Source: Ruditapes philippinarum
Taxonomy: Eukaryota
Direction of reading: 5' to 3'
DNA length: 64,000 bases
Assembly: GCF_026571515.1 (NCBI RefSeq)
Contig: NW_026852831.1
Coordinates: 1-64,000 of the forward strand
A program made the position numbers and the translations under genes. Below the pieces are notes generated by a model. That model did no database searches. It was not told the origin of the DNA and saw only the letters and a list, made by a program, of their open reading frames with translations. Numbering within the stretch: the stretch's first letter is position 1; each line of letters opens with the position of its first letter. Shown here piece after piece: positions 53,111 to 64,000 of the stretch.

Positions 53111-56100
53111 TTAGTTCAAATTAGTTTCATATATCGTATGTTAAATTGTTTAACTTCGTTTTTAAACCTAATCAGTCTCAGACTTGCATTTTATCACACT
53201 GCAACTTTAAATTTAAAGCCAGGAGGAAATTGTCCAGAAGAAGAAAATGTAGTAAATTTAAATACTTCACACGGCGATATATTGATGAAAAAAGTAGTTT
53301 ACAGAGCCCGAGTTCTTATTAATCGATCTTTGAACATAAACATTATATTATAACACGTGTATCTGAATCAGATATTCTCCTCGGTTATATTACCATAGAG
53401 TTAAAACAATGTTTAACTGAACTAATTTTTCAGAGTTGTAAATGTCATGAAATAATTGACACATGTTTTCACAAAAAAAAAACTTTTTCGACAGCAAAAA
53501 GGGAAAATTGCAATAAATAATTTCGAGACATTTTTCTCATTTTATCCTACATCTGATAAGCACCGCTGGACATCTTTGATCCTTTGGTAAGTATATTTGT
53601 CTCAATCAAAACTACTTAAAGTAGCATTGCATGAGATTAAAACATCCGAGCAAATTTACATTTCTTAGTCACCTTGCCTCTTTTCATTTAAATGTTCAAA
53701 TAAAACAGAAACTGTGAACAAGTATTTTACTGGTAACGGCAAATACCTTATTGGCAGAAAGTATCTATTTTTGTAACAATACATCCTAAAGGTCAACACA
53801 ATGTACAAAACAATTGGTTTGATATCATTTTCAATAAAGATATTTCTATGTAAATTCAGCAGTCTCAGTTCGCCCGATCGATTCCCATTTGCATACAAAA
53901 TTATGCCATTTATTTCAAGTAAGATAGTTTATTGATCATTGATTGTTGATTAAGTAACTTTTTTGGTCCTTAAAGATACTGTATGAACACATGTACAAAC
54001 TACTTAAATGTTGATAAAATCAACACACATTCCGTAGAATTTGACTATTGTACTCCCCCAGCGACAACGCCGGTGTCGGCAACGGCGTGGCCTTCAAACC
54101 TTGGTTAAGTATTTGCGTTTAATTTGCTATCCTATCTTCAATATTATAGTATTTTATTATATACATGCAACATGACTGACCGATAACTATGACTTACATT
54201 TTTACAGCCTTTTTTACTGTCATTTCCTGAGAATAATCGAGCGCGCTGCCTTACGGATAAATCTTTTTTCAATTTGATACCAAACGAGCTGTGAATAATG
54301 CTTTCTGAAATATTCTTTATAATATTATTATATATAATAAAATATTGACTGTTCTTGTCGTGTCTATAAAGGTTTTTAAACACTCAATTTCATATTTAGG
54401 AAAACAAGAATCTGTAAAACAAAAATATTTAAATCATACAATAATCGTTCTTGGCGCAAACATTATTGGTTATAATTATTATTTTACAATATTTCAAAAC
54501 AGAATTATGAACGAATACTTATTCCTAATCGCTATCTAAATGCATCTATCAATTAAACATTTATACAATGAGTCTGTTAATTGTCGGTTTTGAACGGAAT
54601 CTTCAAATATTATAATAAAACAAAAAACTGCAACAAAATCCTAATTATATTTCCCTCATATTCCGTAGAAATATATTACTCCAATATGTTTGTTTACAGA
54701 CAGGACGTCAAAGTAATGTATCTCCAGGACAATACATACTCTGGACAGGTCAATTGTACGTTTCTAAACTGATTACACGTATTGGTTTCTATTTCTGAAG
54801 CAATAGGTTATGTTTGCACAACGCAATGGTTCATCTAAGATCTATAGTATAACAATGCTATTGTAAACTGCCTGAAGGACATTTTGGGGAAAATTCATAT
54901 TCCAGAACACAAACATAAAGTGTTTGAACGCCGAGGATAGGAAGTAGGAATATTTCGGAAATGTTATAATGTACATGGTTAAGGTTATCTACAAATACAC
55001 TATCAAAGAAACAAACGCCCTCTTGCAACGTGGGTGGTATATGAACAACTGAATTTAGCATAAGCGTTAACAAAAAACATCTTTGATTAAACAGACAAAT
55101 TATGTTAACACCTATTTAGGTTGATTACAGCTAAAATTACTATCTTATCTTTCATGCGCAAATAAATATACAGCCAATTAGAAAAGATGTATTTGTTTAG
55201 AATTGATATAATCTTTTATTTGATATCGCATTCACCATGCCAATTCAAGTATCTGACACGTTTCCAGAGTCGTAATTAACAGTACAACTATTTCATTTGT
55301 CTTTGTAAACTGGGTAACAATCTGCAAAATGATCTAAATGTCATATGTTTTTATTATGTGACAATTAAAGTTTTAAACCCGGAAAATCTCTAGAAGTCAT
55401 TCCAATTAATTTAGATATATGGATTACTCAAAACATCTAAATTAAAGGAAATATAAATAAGACGTAGCTTAGTTTTCTATGGAATGAATAAACTATTGGT
55501 GTCAGCTTAACGTGGAGGTGTGAAGTTCTCTGACAAATATTGTTATTAACAACTATGTATTAAAATAACATTAAGTATTAACAAAAAATGACAACCTTAT
55601 CATGATACTGAACTTTAATCGGCTTTTTTAAATTACTAGGTTGAATGATTTTTGTTGTTCACAATTACATAAGTTTAGTTTTTGTTACTGCAGCGTTATT
55701 ATTTTCTATAAATTATATAGTATAATAGAAAATTACTTTTATAAAGCACTGTCGCACACTATTATGAAACAGTTTTACCATCTAAGACAGATAGATAGTA
55801 TGAACCGCTGGTGACTATCCATATGAATCAGTCTGAAAAGAGTTTTATGTAAATAATTTATTTGATGTGTGGAAAATGCAGGTTTAATGACGCACTCTAA
55901 TAATTGATTGGTTAGCTTTCTCAACACTACTTTTGCGGTTGTTTCTTGGTAATAAATCTGGTGCAATCTATAAATAACTTACGACATAATTTATAGTATT
56001 TTCTAAGTATAAAACGGTGTACGTTGCAATTAAAGAACATGCCCGGTAAATTGTTGGAACATGTATGTAAGATTAAAATTTGTAAAATAAAAGAATATAT

Positions 56101-58323
56101 AACTTAGTATATAAACTCGCATCAGCCAGTTGAATATTATAACAAGCATTAATAAAATAAACAGCAAACAAGGACATACATCATATTTTTGTAACTTGTT
56201 TTCATATCAGATTTGACCTTTTTGCCATTATAAATTCTTTATACATATTACGCAATACATCAACCATTTAAAACGGTCCAATGACCTGGAATAGAAAACC
56301 TTTTCTCAAAAGTGTCTGTGTACCTGCTGACGTTTCGTTCAATAGACAAAAAAAAATACAAATTATTGTTAACATTTACCTTTATCATATTATTGAACCG
56401 GGTGTGTCAAATACCGACGACAAATACGTTATACTAAATAAAGAAAAATTGAAATTTAATTACAGATTCTGCTTATATAACAGATAAATTTGTCGCTAGT
56501 ATTTTCTATTATAATACAAACATAACATACAAATGTTGCTTTTCTATGGCACGTGACGTTGTATCGTTAATGAAAGCACTTTTTCTGAAATATTCCTCAT
56601 TTGTCGACTTCAAATCCTTATTGATTCGCAAATTACTTGAAATAAGCTTCTCTTTATGTTTTGCATGCATATTTCGCCATGTAACGCATTTTAATTAAGA
56701 TTTATTAGATTTCGATTATGAATTCCGTTAGATTCTCCTGGAGTTTAATTTAAACTTTCAGTTGTAATAAAGTGCATCTTTGAGAATGATTGACTTATTA
56801 AGCTAAAAGTTGTATAATTGTTAACTTGGTCACATGGCAAGTTTTAAATTGTAAACTCTTACAGATCTTTTATAGATAGAACAGGTTTTAAAGAAGCATC
56901 GATCACACTTCTCATCTAATAAATAACCCGAAAAGAGATTTAGAAATTAAAATAAAATCTTATAAAAAAGCTATGCAAAGCAACATTAAAAATTTTATCT
57001 CTACTTTTAACTTAAGCAGAATAAACTAGAATAACCCCTTATAATCCCTTATTCTAAATTGGCTCACCTACAGGATATTAAGCACCATGTAATTATAAGT
57101 TAATTATTCGCTTACTAACCATCTAGCAGCCAGATACAGAGGATTATTAATTTTTCAGAATGTTTTGAAGCGGTTATATCAAAGCGGTTATATTCATTTT
57201 TCATATGAAAACAGTGCTTTTACATTTGTTAACATAAAATTTACATTAATCATATTAACAAGCATCTAGTAATAAATGTACTTTATTTTCCGCATGCATG
57301 CTGCGCCTTTATAGTAAACATCGTATAAGATTAATATATATATATAATCTGGAAAGATACTGTAAAAACTACTGTAAATGGAATTGGCAATGATCGCCCT
57401 ATTTTAAGCGAGATAGTTGCCATTTGACCTCTAAAGTGTTGTTGCGATGTAAAACTCAACACAAAAGCTATCATTGTTCGCAGCAGAAAAGTATAATAAA
57501 ATAAATAGATAAGCTTTTGAAAACAATATTTGAATTTTAAACAATTATTTAGGCAATCAGTGAATGGGAAAAGATAATTCATTTTTTTAATCTCGTTATC
57601 ATTAATTGGATAAACGCACATACGCACTTTGCTAAATAGCAAATCTTTGAAGAGCAATCATTACAACATGCTTGCAGATAATGTAATTAAAGTGCCTCAG
57701 GGGTATTAAACACACTCAAAATGTTAGAATGGAAAGAAACATTGGTATCCACATGTTATAACATATAAATCAGCATTCTTAAAAAAAACGTATTGAAATG
57801 TTTTAGATGGGAATTATTTAAATCTATCCTGGTCTTAAGTAAATGCAAAACCGTGTAGTCCTACCTTGACTATAGGTAGAATTGACTCTTTAAAATACAA
57901 CATTGTATTCATTATCTTAAGTGAACATTCACGTTTTCATTGTCGATAGAATGCCTAATCAACTATGAGTCTAATGCCTACTACAATAACAATAGTAGAA
58001 CATCACCATGTATAACGTACATGTAGATATTTTAGAAATAATGTCCGACGGATCGCATTATTTTTGGTTACTTTCGTGTAGCTGAAGAAATAAACGTGTG
58101 CAATAGTCTGTGCAAACAAAATATATATTTCCTTTTGACGAAAACATTTATTCCGACTCCTTGAGTTGTTAAGAAAACAACACTTTATTGTCATGTAATT
58201 GGTTTAAGCAACTGCTTTTAAATCAACTTACCATTTAACATCTGCCTTCTATATTATATAACAAGCATTTACAAACAGCACCCTTTTGTTGCCTAAATTG
58301 TGATTTATAAAAAAAGGGAAATG

Positions 58324-58689
58324 TATGGTGACTGATTTGTGCCATTCGTGTTTTCGCCCCGCAACCCGCCAAGCAAAAGAGCGAGAATTAACATGTTAAA
58401 ATGGCAGGGGCGCTGAGCGAAAGCACGCTAATTAGCGAGGGCGCGGGGCGAAGTTTAATAAATAAAACTTCGTAGCGAGATTTAAGAAATAAAACTGCGG
58501 GGTCGTAGGACGAAAACACGCTAATTTGCGGGACCGCGGGGCGAAGTTTATTTTTAAACTTCGTTATGTGCCCCCGGTAATTAGCGTGTTTTCGCGCAGT
58601 GACTCCGCTATTTCAATTTGTTAAGTCTCGACTTTTCGCTTAGCGAGGTCGAAGGGCGGAAACACGAATGGCATAGTTCATCCACCATA
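58324..58689. mobile_element. GC-rich MITE with long TIRs and 6-bp TSD (IS3EU-like)
   Basis: Termini TATGG...CCATA, imperfect TIRs over more than 70 bp, flanks GAAATG (58318-58323) and GAAACG (58690-58695). Single GAAACG at the empty site in copy 1 (11198-11203). Confidence 0.85.
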
Positions 58690-60354
58690 GAAACGCAACA
58701 AGCCTGAAATTTTCTTTTTCGTCATTCTTTTTTTATTGATAAGGGTTAACGTGACATTCATTAATATGATATGTTAAAAAACATAAAACAAAAGTTGAAC
58801 GTAAAGCTCTGTTCAAATTAAGCAGTAAATCTGCAGAAATAATTAAATGAAATAAGCAATCTAAAAATAGCTTATCTGATGAAAGTGTGTAAAATTAAAT
58901 GTAATAGGTTATTGTTTGAAAGCGTGCAAAACATCTTTATTAAGAAAATATCACATGAAATGTGAATAAATAAGAGCATTAAGCAAAATTAATGCATCCA
59001 CTTTTACCCCTATCCTTCGAAGCTTAAAATTGTATAATTTACACCAAATAACAATTATTTACAACTCGCGAATCGCTTGCTCTGCAACAGTTAAAAAACC
59101 TACGACTATTAGATATAATGAACTAAAAAAGAAAACTTTATTAAAATATGATTTGTGAATGTCTGTGCATTTTAATTTGGAAACAATGCATTTCAAGTTT
59201 CATTTTAGCAAAAATATGTATCAAATCACATTAATTTCTAAATATACACTTCAATTAAAATACTATATGATATACATTTAATTTTTTTCAAAGCAATGTT
59301 TATTAGCGTGCTCATTAAACAAATGAGATAAAAGCAGTATTGAATTACGAGTAACACATTTGTGTGTATGGAAGAAATTCTTAAAAACATTGTAAATTCT
59401 TAATAATTCTATATCAATATACACTTTTCGGTGTTACTTAGTGTTACGCTTGTAACAAATGGCAAGTGTTTCGTTAAAATGCCCCCATGTTGTGCCCTAC
59501 GTGTATTATTTTCTTAACTTTAAGTGCTATATTAAAATAGAAAATGAACAAAACAGCAGTAAACAAACAAATCTCAACAAGATAATTGGAAACAGACTGT
59601 CAAAATTTAAACAAAACATTGAATCGTAATATTTTAGAACACCTTACGTCTAAGACATTAAATACATAATGGGAAATTATACCGCCATAAATACAACGTA
59701 AAGACGTATTATGTGATTAAAAGTCTTTATATAGGCACCACACTTCTCAATTTCTTCTAAATGTCAGTTTCCAGTTTCATTTGACATAACGCCCTTGTTC
59801 CTAAACCAGATGATTCTTTAAATCAAAATTTATTACATATGACTGTTTTAGCGATACGAAAAGAGAACAAATTGCCAAAATACGTGTGCAGCAGTCAGGG
59901 AGGCATTTATTTTATTGGGAAACTTATTTACTCTATTACGTCATTAATTGAATGCATGAATGGAACATTATGCAAATATTTATCTCAAAGGCGCATCTAA
60001 TATTTTCTTCGTTAATTTCGTAGGCAAAGAAGAAAGCTTTCAAATAGTGAACAGAAATTTCTGACACTTTTCGTGATTAAAGAAAATCATAATCAAAACG
60101 AATTGATGCAAAATAAATTTAGAATCGCTATTCTACTTTCTGAGTTATCTATCTTCTAACAATTGTCATAGTTTATGTTTTGTTCACTCTTAGATTTGAA
60201 CATTATTGTCGAATTATCAGGTACAAATGGGGATTTATGTCTCTTCTCTTAAAGGATCTGATATATGTATATGATACATAAATTTGATAATGTCTTTACA
60301 GTCTCTTTTTAAATGTAAATTAAACATCGTTTGATAATCGTAACGTATATAAAC

Positions 60355-60486
60355 AATTTCTAAAAATAGAAAGAATGATGCAATTTCTATAAATAGAAAG
60401 AATGACGCAATTCTATAAAGAGAAACAATGACCCAATTCTATAAATAGAAACAATGACGCAATTCTATAAATAGAAACAATGACGC
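60355..60486 (+). repeat. 26-27-bp minisatellite, 5 visible units, truncated by the gap
   Basis: Units of aattctataaatagaaacaatgacgc at 60355, 60382, 60409, 60435 and 60461. Confidence 0.9.
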
Positions 60487-60627
60487 NNNNNNNNNNNNNN
60501 NNNNNNNNNNNNNNNNNNNNNNNNNNNNNNNNNNNNNNNNNNNNNNNNNNNNNNNNNNNNNNNNNNNNNNNNNNNNNNNNNNNNNNNNNNNNNNNNNNNN
60601 NNNNNNNNNNNNNNNNNNNNNNNNNNN
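60487..60627. other. Assembly gap (141 N)
   Basis: Run of N characters. Confidence 1.
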
Positions 60628-61238
60628 CATTTAATGCACAAATCTGAGAAAATTCAGTAATTTAACCTTCAAGGTCAAGGTCATTAAAGAGCCCAAGCAA
60701 ATTTGGGTTTGATAAACAACAAGGTCTGGTCCTTAAGAATGTTCTGTTATAATATGAAGTTGATCCCTTCAATAATAGCAAAGTTACAGTCAGTTACCGC
60801 CAAAACAATGAAAATTTCAATAATTTGACCTTCAAAGACAATGTCATTAATGAGTGAAGGTCAAGGTCTTTCGGTATATTTTTAACAGTTATCTTTGAAG
60901 ATTATTATGTTCAAGTTTCAAGACAATCCATTCAAAAATAACAAAGTTACAGCCAATAACAGCATGAACAAGCAAAAATTGGACTTTTAACCTTGAAGGT
61001 CAAGGTCATTTATGGATGAAGGTCAAGGTTAGTGTGGTCTACTGAAAGGTCTTGTCCCAAGGGTTGTTGTGGCCAAGTATGAAGACAATACACCAAGAAA
61101 TAAAAAAGTTATGATCCAGGTACAAGTTTGCGGACGGCAACGGCAACGGCAATGGCAACGGCAACGGCAACGGGAACGCCGACCTGACTATAACAATACC
61201 TCTACTTTTTTTTCAAAAAAAAAAGTCGAGCTAAAAAA
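60628..61238 (-). mobile_element. Helentron-like (HINE) element, partial, with internal repeats of about 162 bp and (GGCAAC)n
   Basis: Internal units starting ttaaccttcaaggtcaaggtcatt or variants at about 60662, 60824 and 60986, a GGCAAC microsatellite at about 61136-61172, and a terminal hairpin ctctacttttttttc/aaaaaaaaaagtcgag. Absent from copy 1 (about 13610). Confidence 0.7.
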
Positions 61239-62185
61239 TGATATAAGTACTGAAGTGTGGAAATTATAATCACTAATGATGAACAATGAAAAGAGAAGAA
61301 ACAAAAAAATAACAAAGAAATGACGCTGTTTTGTTGCTAAATTCTGACACTAAAGCACGATTATTTGACATTTATATTAATTGTATTGCGTACTTTAGCG
61401 AAGTTGTAAATTTTAAAATTTCAAGGAAAACTACGTCATGGCAAATTTTTTGAAATGTCAAACATACAATTTAAAGCAATTTCTTATCATTCTTATTAAG
61501 TTTATTTCGAATTGCTGAAGTCTTATTTATTTAAATAAGAATATTATATACCTAAGAACGTATTGAGCAAAAGAAATTAAAAGTGAAATCTGAACATTTA
61601 TTTGAATACAGTTATTTGAACAGTTAATTAATGAAACTATTATCAATGTTATAATATTTGTTTATAATTTTCTGTTTTACTGGGAATTGAAGATTTCATG
61701 TCATGCTAATTGCTAAATATTTCATAGTTTAAACAACAATTAAACATATTTGCACAGACAAATTATTGATTATGATAAAGGGCAACGCAAATTAGATATA
61801 GGATTTAATTGTTCCCTCTTCTTTGAAAAAAAATAAACATGTAAATAAAAATATAATTATCAAAGCTCAAAAACCAACAAGCCTAAACTGAAAAATAAAA
61901 TGCTTTTTTATTGACCATGTATTTTTCTAAAAAAAAAAATAATGTAAGTTTGATATGAAACGTTACGAAATCTAATGAATTCTGTATTAAAAAGCAACAG
62001 AAAATGAATTCGAATCAAAGTCAGTTTTACTTCATTTATCTGGCGACCAAGTCGTTTTTTGTTATTTAGCTATGATACTATAATAGGAATTTTCTTGTAA
62101 TAATTACTTAAAAGTCCTCGTGTTTATCAATGTATGCTGAATAATATAGTAAAATTAAATTTGATTTAAACACATGCATCGAACC

Positions 62186-62327
62186 TTTATTAATTACTTT
62201 CGAGTCCGGTTCCTGAAACCAACCAGTACTTGTGTCATCTGAAGAAACATGGTTGTGACTTGATTAGGGCTCGAACCAATAATCCCTGGTTGTGAGGCAG
62301 TCACCTAGACCACCTGGCACCGCTCCC
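62186..62327 (-). mobile_element. Old tRNA-derived SINE, duplicate of 14545-14686
   Basis: gggagcggtgccaggtggtctagg...ggttcgagccc on the minus strand, at the same position within the duplicated block. Confidence 0.6.
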
Positions 62328-62764
62328 TTCCTAATTAACTTTAAAATGACCGTCTTGGCTTCTCAGTGTGTACTTGTCTTTGCGGCTTAATCACTTAGAG
62401 AGATATATTTTAATATAACCTTTTCATAGATTTGGGTTTTCTTTTCCTGTAGATTAAACTATTTTCAATTTATGTTTCAGTCTTACATTTCATAGAATTT
62501 CGTTTTCTTTTCTTGTAAGTGGAACTGTTTTCCATTGATAAAAGCAATACTGTGTAATTATTTAAGTTTATTAATCGTATAATGTAAAAGAGCCCTAGAT
62601 TTATCTATTTATTAATATCTAATTTTATGTTACATAAAATATTTTCTAAATTTTTCTTTCGTAACAACCAGCTTAGCTTTTTCTTGTTGTTGAATATACA
62701 GTCAATGACCAAATAATATTATATGAAAGATGAACAGAAATGATCAAAACATTTAGCCTATTAA

Positions 62765-63566
62765 GGTAGTACACCCCTAATGGGCACTATAAGGAATTGT
62801 AAATTTGACAACATAGGACAGTTATATGCCTTAAATGTCACCTGTATGCAAAATTTAAACAAAATTTACCGTGTGGTTTATGAGTTATGGACATTTTTAT
62901 GAACTAAAACTTTGCCATTAGAATGGATTTTTTCAGAAATGAGGAAACTCTAAATAATCTATAATATCATCATTATGAAAAAACTTTTTTCCTTTTGCTC
63001 ATTGTTAAGAAATAAAACAATGACATATAGGTAACAAAATTAAACAAGCAAAATGATTGTTTTTAAACGAAATGTTTTTAAATATGTATAAAAATGTAAC
63101 CCTACCCCACCCACTTTTAACACTAATTTGACCATTTCCCTATGTAAAAAAGCCTTATTTAAAATATCCCTAAAATTTTTCCAAAATGAGGGGCTATTTT
63201 CAAAGTTTTGCCTAAATTTTCTTTAATGTATATTGGTTGGTCTTTGCAAAATATAAAATACTTTTACCGTTTAGTTTTTATTTTATTAAACTTTGAAAAT
63301 ATCTGGTATCATATTTGCTATTAAATTTGGCATTATTTAGTAAATAAATACCTACAATAATTATATAATTAAAATAAAACACTTTTTTCTTCCATAGGGG
63401 GTCTGAGAGATTAATAAAAAATGTTAAAAAGAAAAAAAAGAAAGAAAAAAAATTGCCCCTTCTGGGGTTTGAACCCACGCCCCCTCAGTTTCAATACACT
63501 TTACAGTGATTTTAGCCTATTTGAATACTCTTCAAAGTGGAGACAGTGCATTAGGGGTGTACTACC
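62765..63566. mobile_element. Non-autonomous TTAA-specific DNA transposon (Kolobok-like)
   Basis: Perfect 18-bp TIR GGTAGTACACCCCTAATG / CATTAGGGGTGTACTACC with TTAA on both sides. Single TTAA at the empty site in copy 1 (15126-15129). GG..CC ends fit Kolobok rather than piggyBac (CC..GG). Confidence 0.88.
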
Positions 63567-64000
63567 TTAATAGCATACATGTATAAAGGAGAGCAAATCT
63601 TATTATTTCTTCTTGTTTCACAGTAATGAAAGGAAACGCAGTAATAATTGATCACATTGGTATAATGTTTTACATTGTTAATCAGACGAAACACATTACA
63701 TGACTGGAACATTTAAACACTTGCCGACAGACTTTTTTCAGGACGCCTGGTCCAAAAGCTAATGGGATGTTTTCTTGATATTGGCAATCATCGACAGATG
63801 TTATCGATCATGTAGACAAGTATACAAAACATGTAATGTAAGCAAATACCAAAGTTCACAGCGATAACAGCTTCGTTTGAAGGAAACATTAAACCATTTT
63901 CTATAGCAAGCGGAAATTATTTCCTTTCAGGCAAAATCCGATAGCCTTTATATTGTTTAATATACAATTTTAATTTATTGACATTAATGGGTTATTTTCT

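Larger units (their letters stand above)
54181..64000 (+). repeat. Segmental duplication, copy 2 (runs off the window end)
   Basis: Direct, colinear homology to 5399-15558 with copy-specific TE insertions. Homology continues to the last base of the window. Confidence 0.95.

Noticed and set aside
60355-60486. CRISPR-like array
   Set aside because: Head-to-tail repeats without unique spacers, in a eukaryotic context.
61069-61269. ORF with RQRQ repeats
   Set aside because: It is the translation of the (GGCAAC)n microsatellite inside a repeat element.
54181-64000. Second copy as an uncollapsed allelic haplotype
   Set aside because: Divergence of roughly 10-20% plus several reciprocal, already decayed TE insertions seems too high for alleles. 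It is not formally excluded without read depth.

Overview
AT-rich, intron-rich animal genomic DNA. The repeat families look molluscan/bivalve, but that is an inference. One protein-coding gene dominates the window: a 26-exon, plus-strand ALK/LTK-family receptor tyrosine kinase (ATG 2907 to TGA 43799). I assembled it by hand from GT-AG, phase-compatible exons into a 3390-nt CDS (about 1129 aa). Its ectodomain is unusual: signal peptide - degenerate MAM - [LDLa-MAM-Cys linker] x2 - TM. It has no glycine-rich/TNF-like domain and no EGF-like domain, the regions that bind ligand in canonical ALK/LTK. The second LDLa-MAM module comes from a tandem duplication of six exons. The kinase looks catalytically intact, with an ALK-type exon structure, a variant activation loop (YSADYY) and a short tail. 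Downstream, about 54.2-64.0 kb is a diverged direct copy of about 5.4-15.6 kb of intron 1 and runs off the window end, with no recognisable first exon in front of it. Comparing the two copies exposes empty and filled sites for several transposons (IS3EU-like MITE, Kolobok-like MITE, Helentron-like elements, a SINE) and islands of unusually high conservation, including a 96-nt exon-like element. The window also has a decayed CR1/L2-group LINE, several SINE/MITE relics and a 141-N assembly gap. Most short ORFs in the supplied track are spurious.
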